DNA from: Alphaproteobacteria bacterium
GTDB lineage: Bacteria > Pseudomonadota > Alphaproteobacteria > JAPOUT01 > G958296285
Assembly (NCBI GenBank): GCA_965212115.1
Contig: CBDBUR010000001.1
Coordinates: forward strand, 240,596 to 304,595
Direction of reading: 5' to 3'
DNA length: 64,000 bases
Each line of letters opens with the position of its first letter. Position 1 is the stretch's first letter. Position numbers and translations under genes: made by a program. Shown piece by piece: positions 43,543 through 51,489 of this stretch. Under the pieces are notes generated by a model. It was not told where the DNA came from. It did no database searches and was given only the letters and a program-made list of their open reading frames with translations.

Positions 43543-44276
43543 TGAACACCCTCGCCCGCCTCAATGACAACAACACGGTTCTTATAAAAAACTGCATGAA
43601 TCGCAGAGCGCTTCTTCTCAAACGATGCCAAAACGCGACCGACGGCTTTCGGAAAATCTCCGATGAAAACAGCGTTGGCCTCGATCGGATATTCATAGGA
43701 CGACTTCCAAACAACGCGCCAGCCCGCGCGCGCGCCCCATTTTGCAAGTGTGCTCTGCAGCGTCTGTCCGGCATAGACCTGCCACCAATTCGGATTGAGC
43801 AGAGGATCACGCGAAGACACCCCAGTGATCGTCTGGCGCGGATACCATCTTTTGCCTGTCACCTCCTCATAGGCGTCATAGGCCGAGCTCATCAGCTCAT
43901 CAAGCAGGCGCTTTTTGTTGATCCCGCTTTTATAGACCGGCACCTCATAATCGGGGGTAGCTATTTTATTCGGATCGAAGTCATCGCCATAAAGCGCGCG
44001 GCCAAGACGATCAATCGCCTGATCGCCCTTCACGGCGGGCTTTTTGATCTTTTTTTGATCCAATGTACCGGGATCAATGTCGGCAGCTCCCGTTGAAACG
44101 CCATCTTGCGTCACAATGTAAGAATCCGGCGCAACCAATCCCTCCAACCCTTCCTGCGCCTCATCAGGCAGCACGATTTGCTCGCGGCTCGCGCAGCCGC
44201 TCAGAAAAACAAAAGCCGCCAAAATAGCTGCGCTCAAATTATAATTTTTTCTGCTCATATCCTTATATTTCCGCAT
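43539..44276 (-). CDS. Lipoprotein with a C-terminal TcpQ/PilL-like domain (secretin pilotin/partner)
   Basis: Lipobox AAFVFLSGC. The C-terminus WWQVYAGQTLQSTLAKWGARAGWRVVWKSSYEYPIEANAVFIGDFPKAVGRVLASF fits the TcpQ-domain pattern (W.v..G.tL...L..Wa..aGw.lvW....dy.i.a...f.G.f..Av..L). An ATGA overlap joins it to the secretin gene. The start is ambiguous (44336, 44276 or 44258). Confidence 0.65.
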   Translation of the reverse strand: MRKYKDMSRKNYNLSAAILAAFVFLSGCASREQIVLPDEAQEGLEGLVAPDSYIVTQDGVSTGAADIDPGTLDQKKIKKPAVKGDQAIDRLGRALYGDDFDPNKIATPDYEVPVYKSGINKKRLLDELMSSAYDAYEEVTGKRWYPRQTITGVSSRDPLLNPNWWQVYAGQTLQSTLAKWGARAGWRVVWKSSYEYPIEANAVFIGDFPKAVGRVLASFEKKRSAIHAVFYKNRVVVIEAGEGVQ

Positions 44277-44412
44277 TATCGGCTCAATTATCCACTCACC
44301 TCCCGACCAAACGGGGGCAGATAATATCTCTATCAATATCGCCTTAGGGTTAATTTTACCTTACCTCATAGCCTTGCGGCAGGCTCATTATATCTCCATA
44401 ATCGCTGCCAAA

Positions 44413-45669
44413 ATGAGCGAAATACCTGATATTCGACCAAGCCAGCGCATGGTGCTCACTTGGTATATGATGGGACAAAGCCTCTGGTTCATCGGACTAG
44501 GCATCCAATTTGTCGTGTTTCAGGCAATCGGTGCCCTCACCTTAAACCTCAGCGGCACACAATTAGGCTTTGCGCAGTCTGCGCTGCTGTTGCCAACCCT
44601 GCTATTCATGCTGCCCGCCGGAGTCGCCGCCGAACGCAATGATGGCCGCTTGCTGCTCATCAGATTGCAGCTCGCCGCTATATTACCGCCGCTCGCACTC
44701 GGCTTCATGGTGCTCACTGGACAATTAGACTTCATCGGCCTCATCATCTACGCCGTCATGATGGGTATCATCTCCTCCTTCGTGATGCCAACACGCGATG
44801 CGCTCATCTCTTACATCGTCAGCCCGCACGAAATCCAGCGCGCCGTGACAGTCGCGACCGGCTTGCAATTTGTCGGCCAGATCATCGGCATGACCTTCGT
44901 CGGCCTGTTGGCGCTTGATATTGGCTGGATGCCGATGTTCCAAGCCCTCGCTCTTGTGTTGGCCGCTTTTGTGACCCATCGCCTGCCCTACCGGCTCATG
45001 CCGTCGGCGTCGCGGCAAACCTACGATTCTTCGGCGCGGCGCGCGGCGCAAATCATGGATGGCTTGCGGCTCGCTTTTTCGCATCGCGAAATCGCGCCGG
45101 TCATCATCCTAACGTTCTTTATCAGCCTGTTTTATATGGGCACGTTTTTTGTCTTCTTCCCGCTCATCGTGCGCGATTATTATCACGGCAACACCGGAGA
45201 CATCGCAACCCTCAATATATTGTTCTTTGCCGGCATGGTGTCCGCTTCGATCGTGCTGCTGCGTGCCGGACGAATCGAACATCTTGGCCGCTTACTCGTC
45301 TTCGCCGCCATTACCGGGTTAATCGTCCTTATCTCGCTGTCCATTCCCGGCCCCCTGTGGTGGCCCGCCGCTCTATGCGGCCTGTGGGGATGCGGCGGTG
45401 GAGTCTTTATGTCGGTCAGCCGGACGATCGTCCAAAGTCGCGCGCCGGAAAGCCATCGCGGGCGGCTCTTGTCGATCTACCAGCTCTCCTTCCTCGGCGG
45501 CGCGCCGCTTGGCACGTTGATGTTCGGCGCGTTTGCTGATATTATCGATAATCTCCATGCAACACCCCTCGTGCCGATGATCGGTATGTTCATCACACTC
45601 ATTTGTGTTGTCTTCTCAACCGGACTCTGGAATATCAAGCTCGACCAAAACGAACAAAAAATCGAATAA
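44413..45669 (+). CDS. MFS transporter (MFS_3/EntS-like), paralogue 1
   Basis: 12-TM-like hydrophobic profile. It is about 45-50% identical by eye to the next ORF (WYMMGQSLWFIGLGIQFVVFQAIGAL versus WYMAGQAFWFLAHGIQLVAFQAIGAL). Confidence 0.8.
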   Translation: MSEIPDIRPSQRMVLTWYMMGQSLWFIGLGIQFVVFQAIGALTLNLSGTQLGFAQSALLLPTLLFMLPAGVAAERNDGRLLLIRLQLAAILPPLALGFMVLTGQLDFIGLIIYAVMMGIISSFVMPTRDALISYIVSPHEIQRAVTVATGLQFVGQIIGMTFVGLLALDIGWMPMFQALALVLAAFVTHRLPYRLMPSASRQTYDSSARRAAQIMDGLRLAFSHREIAPVIILTFFISLFYMGTFFVFFPLIVRDYYHGNTGDIATLNILFFAGMVSASIVLLRAGRIEHLGRLLVFAAITGLIVLISLSIPGPLWWPAALCGLWGCGGGVFMSVSRTIVQSRAPESHRGRLLSIYQLSFLGGAPLGTLMFGAFADIIDNLHATPLVPMIGMFITLICVVFSTGLWNIKLDQNEQKIE

Positions 45670-45689
45670 AAAACATCGAATAAAAAACT

Positions 45690-46964
45690 ATGAGTGAAAT
45701 CGCAAGAACCGAAACCCCCGCTTTGCCTTGGTATATGGCCGGACAAGCTTTCTGGTTCCTCGCGCATGGGATCCAGCTCGTCGCCTTCCAAGCGATCGGC
45801 GCGCTAGTGCTAAAACTTGACGCGACGATGCTCGGCGTCGCGCAGGCCTCGCTGCTGATACCCGCACTTTTTCTGATGCTGCCCGCCGGGGTCACTGCCG
45901 AGCGCAATGATGGCCGGATTATATTATTGCGGCTGCAGATCGTCGCGTTTTTTCCGCCGATCGCGCTGGGCTATATGGTGCTCGCCGACCAGCTGAGCTT
46001 GTTTGGCCTGATCATCTATGGCGTTGCGATGGGGACGATCAGCTCGTTCGTGATGCCCGCGCGCGACGCACTTCTGTCGCACATTGTCGGGGTTGATCAG
46101 ATACAGCGCGCGGTCAATATCGCGTTAGGCCTACAATTCACGGCAATGCTGACCGGCATGACTCTCGCCGCGCTTTCCGAGTTCATCGACATTGGCTGGA
46201 TACCCATCATGCAGAGCTTTATATTTATCGGCGCGAGCTATGCGGCGTTTCGTCTGCCGCGTGATCTCGCCCAGCGGCCAGAGCTATCCGGCGCGCTGCC
46301 GCGGCGACTGCCCGAAATGATTGACGGCATCAAAGTCGCGTTCGGCCATAAGGATATCTCACCGGTTCTGATTTTGCAGTTTGGGATTTCAATTTTTTAT
46401 ATCGGGACGTTTCTGGTGCTGCTGCCGATCTTGGTGCGCGATCATTATCAGGGCGACGCGGCAGACATAGCGATATTGAATATGATGTTTTGGGCAGGGA
46501 CGATCGTCTCGACGATCATGTTGCTGCGGATCGGGCAGATTGCCTCAGTCGGACGGCTACTGGCGATGGGTATCAGCTCTGGCCTTGTGGTGATTTTTCT
46601 GCTCTCCATCGAGAAGCCCTATTGGATGCTCGCCGCCCTTTGCGTATTTTGGGGGATCGCGGCAGGCTGTTCGATGTCGTCGGGACGGACGATCATCCAA
46701 AACCGCGCGCCGGACAGCCATCGCGCGCGGATTCTCTCGGTCTACCAGCTATCTTTTATGGGAGGCGCCCCGTTCGGCGCGCTCTTGACCGGCATTCTCG
46801 TTGATCTCTTCGGCAGCCATCAAGCGCCGTTATTCTCGGTCGGCGGGATGGGGATCATTTTGGCGCTTGTCGTGTGCTTCTCCGGCCTGTGGAACATCCG
46901 CCTGTCCGAGCGGGAGGTCGATAATGTCGAGGAAACCACCAGAATCACCGCCGAAGAAGAATAA
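45690..46964 (+). CDS. MFS transporter (MFS_3/EntS-like), paralogue 2
   Basis: Same architecture as the preceding gene, so this is a tandem duplication. Confidence 0.8.
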   Translation: MSEIARTETPALPWYMAGQAFWFLAHGIQLVAFQAIGALVLKLDATMLGVAQASLLIPALFLMLPAGVTAERNDGRIILLRLQIVAFFPPIALGYMVLADQLSLFGLIIYGVAMGTISSFVMPARDALLSHIVGVDQIQRAVNIALGLQFTAMLTGMTLAALSEFIDIGWIPIMQSFIFIGASYAAFRLPRDLAQRPELSGALPRRLPEMIDGIKVAFGHKDISPVLILQFGISIFYIGTFLVLLPILVRDHYQGDAADIAILNMMFWAGTIVSTIMLLRIGQIASVGRLLAMGISSGLVVIFLLSIEKPYWMLAALCVFWGIAAGCSMSSGRTIIQNRAPDSHRARILSVYQLSFMGGAPFGALLTGILVDLFGSHQAPLFSVGGMGIILALVVCFSGLWNIRLSEREVDNVEETTRITAEEE

Positions 46965-46969
46965 AAACC

Positions 46970-47254
46970 TTATAGTAGCCGTCTATAGCGACCATGCCGT
47001 TCATCATGGTGTTTTCTACACAAGACCTCAAGATTGCTTGGCCGATTATCACCTCTTTGACCGTTCTTATGATGGACTTCTATCAATCTATCTCTATCTA
47101 TATAATCTTTATAGCACTTACCGCCTTCCTCACAGGTATAGTTTTTTCTTTCTTTCCTTTCTTTCGCTATTTCTGGCCAATCCTTAGTATAATTTCCAGG
47201 CGGCATGGTTCCTGGCGTATTGCATGGTTTAGGTGGGGGCTTCATACTTTCCAT
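46970..47254 (-). CDS. HNH endonuclease domain protein (possible C-terminal part of a frameshifted ZorE-like effector)
   Basis: YTCEEGGKC...LIEVHHKNGQRGDNRPSNLEVLCRKHHDERH is a canonical HNH (beta-beta-alpha-Me) motif. It lies in the AT-rich island. Confidence 0.8.
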   Translation of the reverse strand: MESMKPPPKPCNTPGTMPPGNYTKDWPEIAKERKERKNYTCEEGGKCYKDYIDRDRLIEVHHKNGQRGDNRPSNLEVLCRKHHDERHGRYRRLL

Positions 47255-47735
47255 CTAAATAATCTCCAAAATTAAAATCTTCCCTTTTTATATTTGTATT
47301 ATTGATTTTATTATAGATGTCAAGGCAAGGTTGGCAAGGCAATAATTCATACAGCTTCTCAGGAGGTTCTTTATTATCAATAATAAGTTTTGCAGGAAAT
47401 TTTTCATCACCTCTTCTTACCCAAACAAATTTGTCTTTATAATCATTTTCATTCTGCTTCTTTTGAAGAACCCAACAATTTGTAAGGTGAACTCTGCGCC
47501 TGTCTTCTATATTATTAACAGGATCTTTGCCATAGTGAGACTGATACGTTTGATTATAAATATAAACGAGATACCACTGCCTATATTTCCCAAATACTCC
47601 TTCCGGTCCTACAAACTTCTCGATATCTTTCAGTTCAATATCACCACCTTCTTCCATTATATACACTTTGCCTCGGAGGTGAGGAGGTAAAATCCTGTCT
47701 AAAGTTTCCCGCACTTCTGATATATCAATATTCAT
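47229..47735 (-). CDS. Hypothetical protein (168 aa) of the MotAB-HNH island (possible N-terminal part of a ZorE-like effector)
   Basis: I recognise no motif. It is AT-rich, has a 4-nt overlap with the upstream MotB-like gene, and a 26-nt out-of-frame overlap with the HNH ORF. Confidence 0.55.
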   Translation of the reverse strand: MNIDISEVRETLDRILPPHLRGKVYIMEEGGDIELKDIEKFVGPEGVFGKYRQWYLVYIYNQTYQSHYGKDPVNNIEDRRRVHLTNCWVLQKKQNENDYKDKFVWVRRGDEKFPAKLIIDNKEPPEKLYELLPCQPCLDIYNKINNTNIKREDFNFGDYLDGKYEAPT

Positions 47736-48427
47736 TTTTTCTCAAAACCTCTGATAATTTCTTCAATCCTACTTTCAGCTTTTGTGCGCACACGAAATTC
47801 AACCCGGCGTGAGAGGCGCTTATTTTCCCGCCCTCTCGTCTCACGCAACCGACTTGAAGACAGCCCGGTTGCCGTTAGATACCTCCTAATCCAAGAGCGA
47901 TACTGACCCACACCAGAGAGGCTATCAGCATATTTCAGAACAGCGAGTGTGCGCTCCTGAGAAAGTTTCATATTACAAAAATATGCATCCGGACATTTAT
48001 CATCCTCTTTCCATTCTGATGATGTATGACCTTCAATGCGCACTTCGCTGATTTCCTTTCTGTGCTCAGAGTGAAGCAAGTGAATAAAACGGGGGAAAAA
48101 ATCTCTGATAATCACCTTAAATCTTTTTTTGAGCTTTGCTTTTCCCGCATCAAAAAATACCCTTGGCGTATTGAAGCGAATTATCAAAGTATCGCGCTCA
48201 ATTTCCGCATTCCACCGCGGAAGATCATCCTTAAACTCTTCATATAGGCTTTCGTAAATTTTATCTTTTGAGTCCTTCCAAGCCTGCGCTGTATTAAGTG
48301 TCTGGAGAATAAAGGCGATTGCGATAAACAAAAACAGCACCATCAGCCCGGCCATGAGGTCAGACACAGAGAGCCATTGTTCTTGTTCTGAACCTTTGCC
48401 CTCGCCAAAAATCTGTTCCGTGCTCAT
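47732..48427 (-). CDS. MotB/OmpA-like stator subunit with a peptidoglycan-binding domain (ZorB-like)
   Basis: The single TM helix carries the conserved Asp (WLSVSDLMAGLMVLFLF, compare the MotB plug/Asp region). The C-terminal OmpA-like domain reads RIEGHTSSEW...MKLSQERTLAVLKY...NKRLSRRVEFRV. Confidence 0.8.
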   Translation of the reverse strand: MSTEQIFGEGKGSEQEQWLSVSDLMAGLMVLFLFIAIAFILQTLNTAQAWKDSKDKIYESLYEEFKDDLPRWNAEIERDTLIIRFNTPRVFFDAGKAKLKKRFKVIIRDFFPRFIHLLHSEHRKEISEVRIEGHTSSEWKEDDKCPDAYFCNMKLSQERTLAVLKYADSLSGVGQYRSWIRRYLTATGLSSSRLRETRGRENKRLSRRVEFRVRTKAESRIEEIIRGFEKK

Positions 48428-49617
48428 TGTCTTCCGTTGAACCTATCGATTGCTTGTGTCAGGCTGTCAACCGCCTGATTTACTTTATCATATTGACCAG
48501 CAAGCGCCTCCGCCAAAACCACTAAACGGTTTCCTAGTTCTTGAATGGCTGTTCTTAATGCGCGTTCTATCTCTCCGTCAAGAGCGTTTTGATTGTTTTT
48601 AATCGCTTCCAACAACTGCTTGGCGAATTTAGTTTGATCGACAACCGCATCTTTTGAGGTGTTAATGGCCTCATTAACCGCAGCGGCCATTCCTTCTGTC
48701 ATTGACTTCAAATTATTCTCTATAATTGGAAAAGTGTTTTGCGCCTTATCTCCGAGACTAGCTATCGCCGTAAGAGTTGCCTCTAATTTTGTTGTCTTAT
48801 CTCTAGCGTCCTCCAATAATGGGCCAAGGCTCTCAAGCGTCTCTGGCAAGGCCGTTGTCTTGTCCACAATCTGGGTCAAAGATTCAGCCGATCTGCCCAG
48901 ATCACCAATCACTCTTTTAATTTGCTCTTCAAGGTTATCCATTTGCTGGCGATAATTCTCTTGCCAATCCACTAACTTACCGACAGCTTCATTTAGCTGT
49001 TTGAAATTATCACCAAACTGCTCGTTAATCTTGGCATTAAAATCTCGCATAACATTTTCAAGAGCTTCTATAAGAGCTTGTGAATTGTCCTCAGCCATTT
49101 TTTGAGCAAACTCTTGAAACTCGAATATAAGTTTTTTGCTGTTATCATTCATTTCTGTCCGAAGATTCTTTAACTGGGTTAACAAGGTGTCGTCAGAATC
49201 TCCGGCAATAGACTTCCGCAAATCACTCAAAGCAGTTTTTTGCTCCTGTGTTGCATTTTGTATGCCCACCAAAACACTATGAATCTCGCCCGGCCCGACG
49301 TCGCCTTGACTAGCTTCTTCACCAAATGAACCGCGCGCAGAAAGAATCTTGAAGACAAGCCCTGCGAACATGCCAGCAATACTTGTCGCAAAAGCAATCT
49401 TAAGACCGCCAAGCAAAGGAGGAATGCTCTCTCTAATTTTTTGGGGATCTTCGACATTAAAATCCCACAAGCCAATAAAAATACCAACAAAAGTTCCAAG
49501 AACGCCAATTGTTGTAAGAGTCGCAGGAGTCGAGCTTCTAAGTTTAGAATTGCGCCACCCTTGTATAAAAAACAAAGCAATAACTACTACAAAAATTGCA
49601 ATAACGATGTATTCCAT
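48424..49617 (-). CDS. MotA/ExbB-family proton-channel protein with a C-terminal helical/coiled-coil tail of about 280 aa (ZorA-like)
   Basis: TM helices with MotA_ExbB motifs (TTIGVLGTFVGIFIGL; GLKIAFATSIAGMFAGLVFKIL). These are followed by a long E/K/Q/L/N-rich heptad-like sequence up to the stop. Confidence 0.78.
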   Translation of the reverse strand: MEYIVIAIFVVVIALFFIQGWRNSKLRSSTPATLTTIGVLGTFVGIFIGLWDFNVEDPQKIRESIPPLLGGLKIAFATSIAGMFAGLVFKILSARGSFGEEASQGDVGPGEIHSVLVGIQNATQEQKTALSDLRKSIAGDSDDTLLTQLKNLRTEMNDNSKKLIFEFQEFAQKMAEDNSQALIEALENVMRDFNAKINEQFGDNFKQLNEAVGKLVDWQENYRQQMDNLEEQIKRVIGDLGRSAESLTQIVDKTTALPETLESLGPLLEDARDKTTKLEATLTAIASLGDKAQNTFPIIENNLKSMTEGMAAAVNEAINTSKDAVVDQTKFAKQLLEAIKNNQNALDGEIERALRTAIQELGNRLVVLAEALAGQYDKVNQAVDSLTQAIDRFNGRQ

Positions 49618-49729
49618 AAAAATCCCCCCTAAATTAAGATCGTCCTGCCGACTGCGCAGGACAGAAATTTTACTATATCAGACTGGATCCCCGCTTGCGC
49701 GGGGATGACAAATGGAAACCAGCGCCTAT

Positions 49730-49795
49730 GACTAGCTTAGGACTAGCTTAGGACTAGCTTAGGACTAACTTATGACTAACTTATGACTAACTATA
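49730..49795. repeat. Six tandem copies of an 11-bp unit (gactagcttag x3, gactaacttat x2, gactaactata x1)
   Basis: Read directly from the sequence. The array overlaps the stop codon of the enoyl-CoA hydratase gene (49787-49789) and lies upstream of the ZorA-like gene. Confidence 0.9.
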
Positions 49796-50695
49796 GTCTC
49801 GCTTCTTCTCCCACGGAAAAAACGACGGCATATCCTTGCTCACCTTGCCCGGAAATTTCGCCGCGCGCTTGTCCAAAAACGCCGTAACCCCCTCGCGCGC
49901 ATCCGACGCCCGACCCAGCGCAAATATCCCCCGACTGTCTACCTTATGTGCCTCCATCGGATGATCCGCCCCCAACATCGACCACATCATCCGCCTCACC
50001 AGCGCTACCGATACAGGCGCCGTATGATCCGCTATCTCATGCGCTAACTTGAACGCCTCCGGCAATAACTCGTCCGACTCGTGAACCGAACGCACCAAAC
50101 CGCCCTGCCACGCCTCATCCGCATCAAAAATCCGACCCGTCAACATCCACTCCTGCGCCTGCGCAATCCCCACCAGCCGCGGCAAAAACCACGACGAACA
50201 CGCCTCCGCCACTAACCCGCGACGCGTGAACACAAAACCAAAACGCGCCTCGCTCGACGCTAACCGAATATCCGCAGGCAACATCATCGTCACACCTACC
50301 CCCACCGCCGGTCCATTAAACGCCACAATGATCGGCTTCAAACAATGATACAAACGCAACGACGTCAAACCTCCGCCATCACGCATTCTCTGGTTCGCGT
50401 AATCAGGTGTCCCGTCCGACAGGCGCGGCGTGCGGCGATCAGGCCGATCCTCACGCTTTTCATAGTCAAACGTCGCCGCGCCCGCCGAAAGATCCGCGCC
50501 CGCGCAAAAACCTCGACCCGCACCCGTAAAGATAATCACACGCACCTCGTCATCTTGGTCGGCGGCGTCCAAGCACGCGATAATCTCGCGCATCATCTCC
50601 ACCGTGAAGGCGTTCAGCTTCTCCGGCCGGTTCAACGTGATTAATAAAACGCCGTCCTTTTTGTCGGCAAGGATCGTCTTGTAGCTCTGGGTCAT
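49787..50695 (-). CDS. Enoyl-CoA hydratase/isomerase (crotonase) family protein
   Basis: VLLITLNRPEKLNAF...IIFTGAGRGFCAGADLS...FNGPAVGVGVTMML are crotonase motifs. The G+C content is high, like the core genome. Confidence 0.85.
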   Translation of the reverse strand: MTQSYKTILADKKDGVLLITLNRPEKLNAFTVEMMREIIACLDAADQDDEVRVIIFTGAGRGFCAGADLSAGAATFDYEKREDRPDRRTPRLSDGTPDYANQRMRDGGGLTSLRLYHCLKPIIVAFNGPAVGVGVTMMLPADIRLASSEARFGFVFTRRGLVAEACSSWFLPRLVGIAQAQEWMLTGRIFDADEAWQGGLVRSVHESDELLPEAFKLAHEIADHTAPVSVALVRRMMWSMLGADHPMEAHKVDSRGIFALGRASDAREGVTAFLDKRAAKFPGKVSKDMPSFFPWEKKRDYS

Positions 50696-50707
50696 GGGAT
50701 GCCTCCT

Positions 50708-51418
50708 CTATAAATCTTGCGGCGAGGCTATGTTCATATAGCCATTATATTCCTTGTCAATGAGATCAAAACTCTTGAACTTGACCCGCTTCTTCATCGA
50801 CTGAAACGTCGCACTTTTCATTTTGTCATCAAAGCTGCGGCGGCGCGAAACATCCGAGATAATAAAAAACTCCGCATGAAAATCTTGCAGCTCGGTGAAC
50901 TTCATCAAAGAACGAATGAAATCCGTCGTGAACTCAACCTCATAAAAACGCGCAGGCATGCGGCGGCCATTAAACCAAATCGCATCGACCGTCTTGGCCT
51001 GCTGCAAAAGCTCGCGATGACTGAACGCAGGCAGATCAGCCTCGTCGCAGAAATCGCCGACCAAACCGCCCGAAAATACCTTCTTCTGCCTGTCCTGAGG
51101 CGGCGCGTAGGTGCGGAACTGCCTCAGACGACCCAGCTCCAACAAGCGCGCCTGATAATAACTATGAAAATCATTATGCTCTTTGGTGATCTTCGTGCCG
51201 GTCTTGAAATGCGCAAATTGCTTGTCGTGCTTGGCGAGGCAGTAAAGGCCCGGACGCAGACGGCAGAACTCATCCTCCTGCTGGACGAGCCGCTGAATGG
51301 ACAAAAAAGGTGTCTTCGTCGACCATTGAGAAATATCGGTCTTTTGATAGAGATCGCGCAATGTCGCGATGCCACCGAGACGATCAAACGCCTCAACGAG
51401 CTGGATTTTCTGTTTCAT
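50708..51418 (-). CDS. Hypothetical protein with an N-terminal winged-helix and a C-terminal putative nuclease. It is a candidate restriction endonuclease partner of the adjacent methyltransferase.
   Basis: The N-terminus LGGIATLRDLYQKT...RLRPGLYCL resembles Mrr_N-type wHTH domains. The C-terminal VDAIWFNGRRMPARFYEVEFTTDFIRSLMK could be a PD-(D/E)xK-like core. It lies directly downstream of the MTase on the same strand. Confidence 0.35.
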   Translation of the reverse strand: MKQKIQLVEAFDRLGGIATLRDLYQKTDISQWSTKTPFLSIQRLVQQEDEFCRLRPGLYCLAKHDKQFAHFKTGTKITKEHNDFHSYYQARLLELGRLRQFRTYAPPQDRQKKVFSGGLVGDFCDEADLPAFSHRELLQQAKTVDAIWFNGRRMPARFYEVEFTTDFIRSLMKFTELQDFHAEFFIISDVSRRRSFDDKMKSATFQSMKKRVKFKSFDLIDKEYNGYMNIASPQDL

Positions 51419-51489
51419 TTCTCCCCCTACCCTTTCCGTGATTATTTTTTCTTAACCCAACAAACGAGTATGTCGCGGGAATGATGATT

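Noticed and set aside
47732-49617. Flagellar stator MotA/MotB, or a TolQR/ExbBD system
   Set aside because: There are no flagellar, Tol-Pal or TonB genes nearby. The MotA-like protein has a coiled-coil tail of about 280 aa that is absent from those systems. The locus is compositionally foreign and coupled to an HNH nuclease. A defence-type (Zorya-like) interpretation fits better.
49730-49795. Possible CRISPR array
   Set aside because: The units are only 11 bp and directly abut one another with no spacers. There are no cas genes in the window. It is a simple tandem repeat.
46970-49795. Integrase or transposase marking the AT-rich island as a mobile element
   Set aside because: There is no recombinase-like ORF in any frame of the island or its immediate flanks. 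No tRNA gene lies at the junction either; the two tRNAs in the window are about 36-40 kb away.
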